IMG/VR virus record: IMGVR_UViG_3300010160_000047
Span: 1,789-65,788 of that record
Length of the DNA: 64,000 bases
Direction: 5' to 3' (one strand)
Source of the DNA: a virus
Taxonomy: Duplodnaviria; Caudoviricetes
Both the position numbers and the translations under genes were made by a program. The first letter of the stretch is position 1; every line of letters begins with the position of its first letter. Below, one piece after another: positions 9,439 to 18,876 of the stretch. Below the pieces are notes generated by a model that was given only the letters and a program-made list of their open reading frames with translations, made no database searches and was not told where the DNA came from.

Positions 9439-9464
9439 AAAATTATAATTATAATTATAATTTT
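9439..9464. repeat. 26-bp perfect palindrome AAAATTATAATTATAATTATAATTTT
   Basis: Self-complementary, located between the divergent HTH genes. Confidence 0.8.
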
Positions 9465-9483
9465 GATTTTAAATAAATTAATA

Positions 9484-9786
9484 ATGAATAATAAATTATC
9501 AGAAACATCACAAGAAGCTTATGAAATGATGAATAATACTATTTTGTCTAATCATCATAAGCAAATAATAGAAGCTTTAAAAACTTTGAAAAAAGCTACA
9601 GCTGAAGAAATTGCTAATTATTTAGATTGGGATGATAAAAACAGATCAGCAAGAAGAATGTCTGAACTTGAAAGAGAACAAATTATTTATAAACCAGGAG
9701 AAAAAAGAAAAACAAAATATGGTAGAAACGCTTACGTTTATTCATTAATAAAAAAAGAAGCTACACCATTATTTTTATTTGATTAA
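9484..9786 (+). CDS. winged-helix DNA-binding protein
   Basis: IIEALKTLKKATAEEIA...ARRMSELER...GRNAYVY. Start trimmed to ATG 9484 (track gives 9337). Confidence 0.8.
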   Translation: MNNKLSETSQEAYEMMNNTILSNHHKQIIEALKTLKKATAEEIANYLDWDDKNRSARRMSELEREQIIYKPGEKRKTKYGRNAYVYSLIKKEATPLFLFD

Positions 9787-9975
9787 TGAAAAAGAAAAAA
9801 AAGGAAATACAGGTAATAGAGCCGGTTCTTATTGTAAATAATCTTTTTAAGATTTATATCTACAAAAGAAACCGGCTTTTATTAAACCCTATTCCGCATA
9901 AATTTAAGATAGATATAATAAAAATTAAGGAAATAATTCATAGAATAAATAATACATTTACATAAAATTATTTAA

Positions 9976-10203
9976 ATGGAACACGAGGTGTCTGGGTGTA
10001 TAGATTGTCCTTTGTGTAAAATAGACTTTGGTTTAAATTATTATTGCGCTCATCCAGAAAACGAAGAATATGCTTTTGTTATAGAATTAGATAAAGATGA
10101 AGAATTAATTACTCCTAATAATTGCCCATTAAATAAATATCCTTTGATGATTAAGAAAAAAAATTGGCAGGTATTTGAAAACTTTTGGAGTAAAGACAAT
10201 TAA
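9976..10203 (+). CDS. Cys-rich hypothetical protein
   Basis: CIDCPLC...C...PNNCPL. Confidence 0.65.
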   Translation: MEHEVSGCIDCPLCKIDFGLNYYCAHPENEEYAFVIELDKDEELITPNNCPLNKYPLMIKKKNWQVFENFWSKDN

Positions 10204-10233
10204 AAAACCCATCACGATTGATGGGTTTTTTAA
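10200..10233. terminator. bidirectional intrinsic terminator
   Basis: TTAAAAAACCCATCA-CGAT-TGATGGGTTTTTTAA between convergent genes. Confidence 0.85.
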
Positions 10234-10252
10234 AAATAAAAACATTTTTTTA

Positions 10253-10492
10253 CTATCCTGCGGCAGTAATAAGTGCAGCCACCGTTGAACTGGTATAAAA
10301 TACAGTTTGAATTGGTGACGGTGCATTTGGTAATACATACACAGCAGTTACACAAGCTACTCCAGAATAAAGAGTGGATGGAATAGTTTTTAAATAAATT
10401 TGAGAAGGAGGGAATGCCATCACAACTCCAGAAGGTGCGTTCCAATCATTTGAATTAGAACCATAAACAGTTACAGAAATTAAGTTTGCCAT
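10253..10492 (-). CDS. 79-aa putative virion/decoration protein, paralogous to N-terminal repeats of 24641..25858
   Basis: MANLISVTVY...AALITAAG aligns by eye with MANQIQGTVY...STLIAAAN. Confidence 0.75.
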   Translation of the reverse strand: MANLISVTVYGSNSNDWNAPSGVVMAFPPSQIYLKTIPSTLYSGVACVTAVYVLPNAPSPIQTVFYTSSTVAALITAAG

Positions 10493-10556
10493 TTTTTAAT
10501 TGTTTTTTAGCTAAAAATAAATTAACGTAGTAAAAATAATCTAATTTTAGATACAA

Positions 10557-10763
10557 ATGACAATTTTTGAACCAAAAAATTTAGTACCTTGCGTAACACC
10601 TCTTGGAGATGCATATGTTTGGTATATAAAATCCAATGGTTTTTTAGAGAACGATGAGGTTACTTGCATATTATTGGATACAGGGCAAGTTAAACACTTT
10701 ACTACGGATCAAATAAAAATATGGCATAACGCAACATATGGAATTAAAAAAGACAAAATATGA
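10557..10763 (+). CDS. hypothetical protein (small beta-barrel type)
   Basis: VTPLGDAYVWY...GQVKHFTTDQIKIWHNATYG. Confidence 0.7.
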   Translation: MTIFEPKNLVPCVTPLGDAYVWYIKSNGFLENDEVTCILLDTGQVKHFTTDQIKIWHNATYGIKKDKI

Positions 10764-11563
10764 ACAAAAAGTACTTTGATTTAATTGAAACTGCCCCCTT
10801 AACTAAAACTCAAATTTCTAGAATAGAAAAAAGGAATCAGTCTAAATTAAAAAAACATTCCGAAAAGATAAGGACAATTAGTCTAGAAAAATTAAAACAC
10901 AAAGTTGAACTTAATCACACAAATGGCCGAGTAATTATTTCAATAGATACAGAAGGGAAAAATACCCATACGTTTGAAAACGGCAGTAAAATATATATTG
11001 GTAGACAATTCAACAATTTGAATCGTAGAGAAACAGAACCAGTAAACGCATATGTAATTTCAGCAGATAGTATACCGCAGGGATCAGAAATATTGATTCA
11101 TCCAAATGCTGTTATAGATTCTAATAAAATATTTGGATTTAATGAAGACATTTCAGATATTAAATACTATTCAATTCCTGCGCATCAATGTTATTTATGG
11201 AAAAATGAAAATAATTGGCAACCATTAAAAGGATTTGTAACTGCTTTAAGAGTTTTTGAAGAATATAAGGGGTTGCTATTAGGAGTAGACCATAAGTTAA
11301 TTCCAAATGTTTTGTATATTACATCGGGAGAACTAGAGGGCAAAGTGGCACACACTTTGAAAGCTTGTGATTATGAAATTATTTTTATGGGAGATAAAGG
11401 AGTTGAAGAAAGAGTTATCAGATGCCGTCATTTTGAAGATGAAATAAATGAAAGAGAAGAAATAATTGGTATAGATATTGAAATGACAAAGAGAGTAAAA
11501 AAAGGAGATTTATTAGTAGGGATTTCATCAAGTGATGCAAAAAATATAATATTTGAATTATAA
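10760..11563 (+). CDS. GroES-like (tandem, divergent) protein
   Basis: PVNAYVISADSIPQGSEILIHPN and LEGKVA...EIIF segments resemble the divergent co-chaperonin-like proteins found upstream of crAss-like terminases. Confidence 0.45.
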   Translation: MNKKYFDLIETAPLTKTQISRIEKRNQSKLKKHSEKIRTISLEKLKHKVELNHTNGRVIISIDTEGKNTHTFENGSKIYIGRQFNNLNRRETEPVNAYVISADSIPQGSEILIHPNAVIDSNKIFGFNEDISDIKYYSIPAHQCYLWKNENNWQPLKGFVTALRVFEEYKGLLLGVDHKLIPNVLYITSGELEGKVAHTLKACDYEIIFMGDKGVEERVIRCRHFEDEINEREEIIGIDIEMTKRVKKGDLLVGISSSDAKNIIFEL

Positions 11564-11578
11564 AATTAAAAAATAAAA

Positions 11579-12463
11579 ATGGCAAAATTAATAGTACCAT
11601 CTAATCCACAAACATTACAAAATAATAATACAACTCCTCAAATAACAACTAATCCACAATTAGTTACAACACCTCAAGTTAATACATTACCAAGTCAACC
11701 AATTAAAAATACAGTACCAGTAATAAAGGGAGCAATACTTGAATCTTTTGATAAAGGCAAAAAAAAATCAACACAACCTGTAAAAGAGTATGATTTTGGA
11801 AATGAAATGATAAATTTATCAAATAAGCTTTTACCATATGATAATCAAACTGCACCTAATTTAATAAAACAAGTTTCTACTGAAACAGGAATTAAGCCGA
11901 GTCTTTTATATTCTTCAGCTTATATAGAAGGTATGAATAAAGCAGCAGCAAATCCAGATGATATTTCTGAAGCTTATGCAACACTATCAGAAAAAGATCA
12001 AACTGATTTTCCTGTAGATGGTTTTTATAATTATGGATTAGATACATTTGGCACTAGATTTAATGATCTTAAAAAATATTTGCCAGTCGGATTTGAAAAT
12101 AGATTTAAAACATTTCAAGGTAAAAATGAAAAGGGAGGCACTATATTAACAGCTGCTTTTAAAACAAATAAAGATGCGCTTATTGCGAAATCCGCAATGT
12201 TAAAATCAGAACAAGATAATGTTTTAAATTATGCTAAAGCAAATGGTATAAATTTAGATGAAGATGCTAAAGATTATTTTACTATGGCTTCATACAATAG
12301 TGGATTTGGTAATGCTAGAAAAATGATTGATGAATATAAAAAATCACCTAATAAACAAAGTTTTATTAATAATGGAGAAACTAGTTTAAAAGGGGTGCAT
12401 ACGAATGTATCAAGAAGAATGAAATTAAGACAAACTGCTACAAATTTATTAAATAAAAGTTAA
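11579..12463 (+). CDS. lytic transglycosylase / lysozyme-like protein
   Basis: ETGIKPSLLYSSAYIEG (candidate catalytic E), YGLDTFG, MASYNSGFGN. Thr/Pro/Gln-rich N-terminal linker. Confidence 0.65.
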   Translation: MAKLIVPSNPQTLQNNNTTPQITTNPQLVTTPQVNTLPSQPIKNTVPVIKGAILESFDKGKKKSTQPVKEYDFGNEMINLSNKLLPYDNQTAPNLIKQVSTETGIKPSLLYSSAYIEGMNKAAANPDDISEAYATLSEKDQTDFPVDGFYNYGLDTFGTRFNDLKKYLPVGFENRFKTFQGKNEKGGTILTAAFKTNKDALIAKSAMLKSEQDNVLNYAKANGINLDEDAKDYFTMASYNSGFGNARKMIDEYKKSPNKQSFINNGETSLKGVHTNVSRRMKLRQTATNLLNKS

Positions 12464-12527
12464 TGAAATAAAATAAATCTTTTAAAAGAAATCTATTCCA
12501 TATATTTAATTATAAAAAATTAAAATT

Positions 12528-13049
12528 ATGAAATACTTAATTATTTTGTTTTTATTATCTTTTACTTTTAATAGTTATGATAAAATAAATTATGATCAAT
12601 CTTTAAAAGAATCTTATCAAATTTCATATAATAGAACTAAGAAATTGAAATGGGCAGATTTTAAAAAAGTAAATAATAATTCAAAAACAGCAGCACTTAC
12701 AAGCAGCGGTATAACATATATTACAAATCAATATAAAAATTATAATGAAGTTTTAGTTTCTTGTGTTTTTGATAAAAATGAATCTTATTGCAATGGAAAT
12801 AATAATACAGATTATATATTAAATCATGAACAAAAACATTTTGATATAACTTATATTTTTTGCAATAAATTTATAAATAGATTAAAGGAACAAAATAATT
12901 TGAATGGAGATAAGATTTTATTTATTTACAATCAAATTATAAATGAATGGGAAGAATATCAAAAAAAATATGATTTAGAAACTAATAATTCTATAAACAA
13001 AGTTGAACAAGAAAGATGGAATAAAATTGTAGAATTACAATTAAATTAA
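12528..13049 (+). CDS. DUF922-like zincin metalloprotease with signal peptide
   Basis: MKYLIILFLLSFTF signal, KLKWADFK, ILNHEQKHFDI (HExxH), YDLETN. Confidence 0.8.
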   Translation: MKYLIILFLLSFTFNSYDKINYDQSLKESYQISYNRTKKLKWADFKKVNNNSKTAALTSSGITYITNQYKNYNEVLVSCVFDKNESYCNGNNNTDYILNHEQKHFDITYIFCNKFINRLKEQNNLNGDKILFIYNQIINEWEEYQKKYDLETNNSINKVEQERWNKIVELQLN

Positions 13050-13050
13050 T

Positions 13051-13395
13051 ATGGCAGAAAATATTGAAGATTTAAAAAAAAGATTAGAATTATATGAACA
13101 AAATGGCCCAGCTAAATTATATTATTCTTTAAATCGTAAGGCAAATGAAATGGCAGATATTCTAAATAATACAAGTCTTAGAACACTTGATTTATCTGAT
13201 GCAAAAGATAAAACATTTGAAAGAATGAAAATTATTTGGAATGATGCTACAAGTATTACTACTGCTATAACTGGATTAGCAATGGCTATTGGTATTACTG
13301 GGGATGAGGAAAAAGATGTGAAAAGAAATCAGATAATAACAACCCCAGAAAGCATAGCAAATCAATTAGGAGATAATAAAGTTCAAGATGTATAA
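13051..13395 (+). CDS. putative terminase small subunit
   Basis: Helical 114-aa ORF overlapping the TerL start. Positional inference only. Confidence 0.45.
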   Translation: MAENIEDLKKRLELYEQNGPAKLYYSLNRKANEMADILNNTSLRTLDLSDAKDKTFERMKIIWNDATSITTAITGLAMAIGITGDEEKDVKRNQIITTPESIANQLGDNKVQDV

Positions 13396-15460
13396 TAAAA
13401 TAGAAGGCGGAACTTCAATAGATATTCAAGGTTTAATTTGTAACATACCCCCACAAGGGTATGTTTTTAATTTAGCTACGAAAAAACTAGAAGCAAGAAC
13501 AATTCATAAGCGTTCAGATAATCCCAAAGATCAATATTGGGAAAGGATACCATTGCCCGGATGGTATAAAGATGTTATGAAAAAAGAGGATGCTTATGAG
13601 AAAAAAAGAAAAGAAGATGATGCTCCTTTTTATGATGAGAAATTAGAAGAATACAAAAGACAAGAATGGGACAGAAGGTTGAATGGATATTGGTTTATGA
13701 ATAATGGTAAACCAACGTATTTAACTGGATCTCATTATATGTATTTGCAATGGTTTCAGATTGATATTGGATACCCTAGATTTAGACAACCAGACTTAGA
13801 ATATTTTTACTTTTTAAAGTATGTAGAAGAAGACCCAGAATGTATGGGTATGCTTGAAATTACTAAACGAAGATTTGGTAAAACATTTAGAGGTGGTATG
13901 TTCTTGTATGATTACATTACTCGTACAAGAATGACCAATGGTGGTATCCAAAGTAAAACAGGTAATGATGCTAAGAAAGTATTTGCCAAAGCAGTAATTT
14001 CTCCATTCAAAAAATTACCTAGATTCTTTCGCCCAGAATATGATATGAGCTTGGGTGTTACTCCTAAATCAGAGATTAGATTCCAACAAACAAACGTAAG
14101 AGGTAAGAAAGCTGAAGACAACATTGATAAAGAAGAATTAGGATCAATGATTGACTGGGGAAGTGCTGATACCATTCATTATGATGGACAGAAATTACAT
14201 AGATATTTTTCGGATGAGTGGGCAAAAACAACAGAGGTAAACATATACGATAGACATGAGGTTATTCGTTATTGTTTGCTAGATGATGAAGGTAAAATTA
14301 TTGGTAAAGCCCTTTATAGTTCTACAGTTGAAAAATTGGATACAGAAAGAGATGGAATCCAACAAGCGGCAAGAACTCTTTGGAATGATAGTGATCAATT
14401 AAATAAACAGGGCAATGGAAGAACATCTAGCGGACTTTATAGATTTTTTATGACCGCAGATAGAGCTAAGAACTTTGATTTTTTTGGATTCCCTGATGTA
14501 GATAAAACAATAAAAGAAATATTAGCAGATAGAGAAACAGTTAAACATAATATTCGTTCTCTTACTAAAAGGATTAAAAAAGAAGCTAGAACTATTGAAG
14601 AAGCATTTAGTGAAGATGGGGATGATTGTATTTTTAATTCTCAAAATATAAATGAGCAACTTGCATATTTAAGACAGAATCCTGTATCTAGATTTAGATA
14701 TTTAAATTTTTACAGAGATTTGGATACGCAAAAAGTAAAATGGCGAGATGTTGATCCAAATAAAACTGAATTATATTGGAAAGTATTAATGCTTCCACCA
14801 GCAGGGCAAGACAACAAATATGTTATGAATAACAATCAAAGAATGCCAACTAGAAATAGTATAGGTGTTATTGGTGTGGATGGTTATTCAAACACTCAAG
14901 GTGGTAAAGAATATGGATCAAAATTATCTGGATGGTATTTTATCAAATATGATATAAATGACCCAGAAAATACTGGTACATTTGGAGGTCATATTTATGG
15001 CAGACCAAATGAAAAAGATGATATGTATAATCAAATACTTCTTTGTTCTGAATATATGAGTTTCCCTACTTATTTTGAGTTTGTATCAGATGATTATTAT
15101 ACTTATTTTAAAAACAGAGGCCGATTGGCATATTTAGGAAGATTCCCTAAAAACTCTATAGACCCAATTAAATTTAAAAAAGACAAAGTAGATAGACATT
15201 TTGGTTTTCCAACAACAGAATTTGCACTTACTAAACAAAATGATGCAATGACAACATTCATAGAACATCATTGTAATAAAATATTTTACGAAGATTTGCT
15301 TGAAGATTTATTAAAATTTAGACCATATAAACGTACACCTTCAGATAGAACGGTGAGTGCTATGATTACGCTTGTTTCTAGCTTAGAACCAATACCTGTA
15401 CCGCAAGTACCAAAAACACCATTAATAAAAATTTTTACTAATCAAAAAACCGCAGTTTAA
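13388..15460 (+). CDS. terL: terminase large subunit (crAss-like)
   Basis: Walker A KRRFGKT, Walker B YFSDEWAK, SSTVE coupling motif, RNase H-like IGVDGY and DRTVSA. Confidence 0.93.
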   Translation: MYNKIEGGTSIDIQGLICNIPPQGYVFNLATKKLEARTIHKRSDNPKDQYWERIPLPGWYKDVMKKEDAYEKKRKEDDAPFYDEKLEEYKRQEWDRRLNGYWFMNNGKPTYLTGSHYMYLQWFQIDIGYPRFRQPDLEYFYFLKYVEEDPECMGMLEITKRRFGKTFRGGMFLYDYITRTRMTNGGIQSKTGNDAKKVFAKAVISPFKKLPRFFRPEYDMSLGVTPKSEIRFQQTNVRGKKAEDNIDKEELGSMIDWGSADTIHYDGQKLHRYFSDEWAKTTEVNIYDRHEVIRYCLLDDEGKIIGKALYSSTVEKLDTERDGIQQAARTLWNDSDQLNKQGNGRTSSGLYRFFMTADRAKNFDFFGFPDVDKTIKEILADRETVKHNIRSLTKRIKKEARTIEEAFSEDGDDCIFNSQNINEQLAYLRQNPVSRFRYLNFYRDLDTQKVKWRDVDPNKTELYWKVLMLPPAGQDNKYVMNNNQRMPTRNSIGVIGVDGYSNTQGGKEYGSKLSGWYFIKYDINDPENTGTFGGHIYGRPNEKDDMYNQILLCSEYMSFPTYFEFVSDDYYTYFKNRGRLAYLGRFPKNSIDPIKFKKDKVDRHFGFPTTEFALTKQNDAMTTFIEHHCNKIFYEDLLEDLLKFRPYKRTPSDRTVSAMITLVSSLEPIPVPQVPKTPLIKIFTNQKTAV

Positions 15461-15572
15461 AAAAAAATAATTTTGTTATTAAAAAATGATATATTTGGGT
15501 TATATTCAGAATTACCAATGAAAAACAAACACTTAAAAATATAAAACTAATCCATTGTTGCGAAAGTAATTA

Positions 15573-18017
15573 ATGGATTTTTTTCTTATGAATAATACAG
15601 GCCAAATACTAAAAGAATTCCAATTAAATGATTTATCAGTAAAGGATAAATCGGATAAAGAATATGGATTGAGAATATCTCAATATATTGATTCTACTAT
15701 AGGTGGTGGCATTAGTTCATATTATTGGACAAGAAATAATAGGTATAAATTAAATAGAAATTCAGCCAATGGTAAAATCAATATGGCTAAGTTTCAAGAT
15801 CTTCTTGATTTCAATGGTAAAGTAAACTATGCTAACATAAATTGGCAATCAATTAAAATTGTAAATAGAATTATTTCTGGATTAGTAGGTAGATGGATGC
15901 AAAGAAATGAAAAAATCCAAATACAAGCTATTGATGATTTATCTCAACAAGATAAAATTGATGAGTATAATGAACTTGATTTTTATATAGCCAATAGAGA
16001 GATGTTGCAGAAGCTTCAAGAAGAAAGCGGTATGCAAGTTATTCCAGATAAAAAAATTCCAGAAACAAAAGAAGAATTAGATTTATGGACAACTCAATTT
16101 CAAAGATTACCAGAAGAGATTCTTTATGAAATGGGCTGTAATAACGTATTACAAGCGAATGGCTGGTTTGATACTTTGAAATATAAAATGCTACATGATA
16201 GTGCAGAAGTTGGATTCGTAGGCACTTATACATGGATGGATGACCAAGGTGTAATTCATGTTGATTACGTTAAACCAGAGAATGCTCTTTATTCTTATAG
16301 TGAATACAATGATTTTAGAGATACATCCTGGAGAGGGCAAGTAAAGTCAATGAAAATAAGTGACCTTCGTAGAAAATATGGCAAAGAATTCGGAGGCACA
16401 TTAACCGAAGAACAACTTTGGGATATTGCTAATACATCAAAAGATTACCAGTTTAATGATAAATTAAGATGGGATGTAAATTGGAATATTACTTTTTTCC
16501 GTCCATACGATGAATTCAATGTTGATGTTTTAGATTTTGAATTAAAAACTGTAGACAGCGATACTTATACAGTAATTACTACTAAAAAGAATAAAAGCAC
16601 ATTACTTAAAAAAGGAAGAGATGAATCAACTTCTGATAATAAAGAAGTAATTGATGATACAAAATACAATATCTACAGAGGTGTAATGGTTAGGGTTAAG
16701 CAGGTTATGCTTGAATGGGGTTTAAAGAGAAATATGATTAGACCCCAAGATCCAAAAGAAACAGGTAATGCAGAATTTTCGTATTCATTCTATATGTATC
16801 AAAACTATAGTATGACTAATACGGCAGTACCAGAAAAGATTGAAGAACCTGCTGATCAAATGATTTTGGCTCGCCTTAAAATGCAACAACTTGTTGCTAA
16901 AATGCGACCAACAGGAGCGTTAATCAATTGGGATGCTTTGCAAAGTATTGATTATGGCTTAGGTGATGCTAATAAGACTATTGATGTAATGAAGCTATAT
17001 GACCAAACAGGTTCGCTTTATTATAGAGGTAAAGATGATGAAGGCAATCAAATTCCAATACCTATTACTGAATTAGCAAATGCTGGATTTCTTCCTCAAA
17101 TGCAGGGTCTTATTCAGTTGTACCAATTCCATTATTCAGTACTAAAAGATGAACTTGGCGAAGATCCAAATATGGCTGCACAAGCATTAACCCCAAGGGT
17201 AACAACCGGGAATATAGATACAGCCCAACAGGTTGCAGCCAATGCTACTGACTATATGTATGATGCTTATGTAGAATGCATGAAGCAAACAGCAAGAAAA
17301 GTTTCTTGTTTATTGCACAAGTCAGTAACATTTGGCGCTAAAGCTTACAGGAATTTATTAAAGAAAGAAGAGGTAAGCACAAGAATATTTAATACAGATG
17401 TTAGGTTATTACCTACTAGTCAAGATATAATGATGCTAGATCAAAAAATGAATCAAGCCATAGCATCTAATCCTCAATTTGCAATGTTTATTGATACGTT
17501 TAAAATCATTCGTATTGCAAAAGAAGATGTAAAACTAGCCGAAGAGTATTATAGAATTTCAATGAAAAAAATGATTGAAACTCAACAGGCACAAGCTATG
17601 CAAAATCAGCAAATGACAATACAAGGTCAAATGCAATCAGCTCAAATGGCTGAAGAAGAAAAGAGAAAATCATTGGAAATGGAGTTGGCTATTAAGAAAC
17701 AAATAAGCGACCTTCAGACTAATAATGATTTGAAAAAAGCAATGGTTACTGGATTGTTTGGTATATATGAAAGAGGGTTACAAGTACCATCTGAATTAAA
17801 GGCTTTAGAATCTGAAATTATTCAAAATATAGGATTGCCTTTGTTTGCTGAAAATTTAGCAAATGTTGACCAAATGCAACAAGCTATGGCACAACAACAA
17901 CAAGAACAAGGACAACCACAAGAAGAGGGTCAAGAACAAGAGGCGCAACAAAGTCCTGAACAAGAACAAGGTGAACAAGGAATGGAAGAACAACAAATGC
18001 AAGAAGAACAAATGTAA
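15573..18017 (+). CDS. portal protein (crAss-like)
   Basis: Follows TerL. NINWQSIKIVNRIISGLVG, KMQQLVAKMRPTG, LYDQTGSLYYR, acidic Q/E tail. Confidence 0.88.
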   Translation: MDFFLMNNTGQILKEFQLNDLSVKDKSDKEYGLRISQYIDSTIGGGISSYYWTRNNRYKLNRNSANGKINMAKFQDLLDFNGKVNYANINWQSIKIVNRIISGLVGRWMQRNEKIQIQAIDDLSQQDKIDEYNELDFYIANREMLQKLQEESGMQVIPDKKIPETKEELDLWTTQFQRLPEEILYEMGCNNVLQANGWFDTLKYKMLHDSAEVGFVGTYTWMDDQGVIHVDYVKPENALYSYSEYNDFRDTSWRGQVKSMKISDLRRKYGKEFGGTLTEEQLWDIANTSKDYQFNDKLRWDVNWNITFFRPYDEFNVDVLDFELKTVDSDTYTVITTKKNKSTLLKKGRDESTSDNKEVIDDTKYNIYRGVMVRVKQVMLEWGLKRNMIRPQDPKETGNAEFSYSFYMYQNYSMTNTAVPEKIEEPADQMILARLKMQQLVAKMRPTGALINWDALQSIDYGLGDANKTIDVMKLYDQTGSLYYRGKDDEGNQIPIPITELANAGFLPQMQGLIQLYQFHYSVLKDELGEDPNMAAQALTPRVTTGNIDTAQQVAANATDYMYDAYVECMKQTARKVSCLLHKSVTFGAKAYRNLLKKEEVSTRIFNTDVRLLPTSQDIMMLDQKMNQAIASNPQFAMFIDTFKIIRIAKEDVKLAEEYYRISMKKMIETQQAQAMQNQQMTIQGQMQSAQMAEEEKRKSLEMELAIKKQISDLQTNNDLKKAMVTGLFGIYERGLQVPSELKALESEIIQNIGLPLFAENLANVDQMQQAMAQQQQEQGQPQEEGQEQEAQQSPEQEQGEQGMEEQQMQEEQM

Positions 18018-18021
18018 TTTT

Positions 18022-18381
18022 ATGCCAGATCCAACAAAAAAAACAGAAGAAAAAAAACCATCAGCACAAGCTTTTGGAGAAAAGATTAATAATGGATATC
18101 TAGTAGGTGGATCAGCAAAACTACCAGTAGGTAAAAAAACAAACATATCTTTAGGATATAATAAAGTTTTAGGCGAAGAACAACAAGGCAGCGATAAAAC
18201 AATTAGTTTATCTAAAGAAACAAATAAAGGTGGAGAAATTTCTTTAGGATATTCATCTAATAAACAAGCAAACGCTTCTTATACTACTCCTAAAGGGAAT
18301 AGTATTTCAGCAAGGTATAGTCCAATGGGAGGTGCATTAGTTTCGGCTAGAATTAATCTTAGTAAAAAGAAAAAGAATTAA
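18022..18381 (+). CDS. small basic protein with amphipathic beta-strand pattern
   Basis: Start trimmed to MPDPTKK at 18022. Alternating strands TNISLGY, GEISLGY, SISARYS. Confidence 0.65.
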   Translation: MPDPTKKTEEKKPSAQAFGEKINNGYLVGGSAKLPVGKKTNISLGYNKVLGEEQQGSDKTISLSKETNKGGEISLGYSSNKQANASYTTPKGNSISARYSPMGGALVSARINLSKKKKN

Positions 18382-18385
18382 TTTT

Positions 18386-18541
18386 ATGCCGTACAAATCA
18401 GAAGCGCAAAGAAAATATTTTAATGTTCATAAACAACAATTAGAGAAAGAAGGCGTTAACGTGAGCGAATGGAATAAAGAAAGTAAAGGCATGAAATTAC
18501 CGGGCAAAATAATTGAAGCAAAACAAAAACTTAAAAAATAA
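18386..18541 (+). CDS. 51-aa MPYKSEAQRKYF-type small phage protein
   Basis: Not in track. MPYKSEAQRKYFNVHKQQLEKEGVNVSEWNKESKGMKLPGKIIEAKQKLKK. Confidence 0.8.
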   Translation: MPYKSEAQRKYFNVHKQQLEKEGVNVSEWNKESKGMKLPGKIIEAKQKLKK

Positions 18542-18547
18542 AATAAT

Positions 18548-18865
18548 ATGCCAGATCCTAAAATGACAATGGAAAAAATGCAAACTGATACTTTGCCAAA
18601 TAAAGCAAAGGCAGATTCTTTTATGATTGAATCACTCAATAAAAAAGAAAAAGCAGAAAAAGCAGAAAAACTCGGTAAAACACTTTTAAGTTTACCTACT
18701 AAAAAAGCAGATGCTCCTCGTCCATTTGGTGCAGCAAAGAAAAGTTTTGAAGAAGCTAAAACTTTAAGATCAGAATCAACCAAAGATTCTATAAATGCAT
18801 TAAAAAATTCTTTACCGGGTAGCATTATTAATGCTAAATTAAAAAAAATAACAAATAAAGCTTAA
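18548..18865 (+). CDS. Lys-rich hypothetical (putative internal head) protein
   Basis: 105-aa ORF with MPDP start and PGSIINAK tail. Confidence 0.7.
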   Translation: MPDPKMTMEKMQTDTLPNKAKADSFMIESLNKKEKAEKAEKLGKTLLSLPTKKADAPRPFGAAKKSFEEAKTLRSESTKDSINALKNSLPGSIINAKLKKITNKA

Positions 18866-18876
18866 AAAGAAAAAAA

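Noticed and set aside
9337-9483. Hydrophobic N-terminal extension (IIIIIII) of ORF 9337..9786
   Set aside because: It is the translation of the AT-rich palindromic intergenic region, not a membrane anchor.
17863-18021. N-terminal extension of ORF 17863..18381 overlapping the portal
   Set aside because: The N/K-rich shadow of the portal's Q/E tail; a better start lies at 18022.
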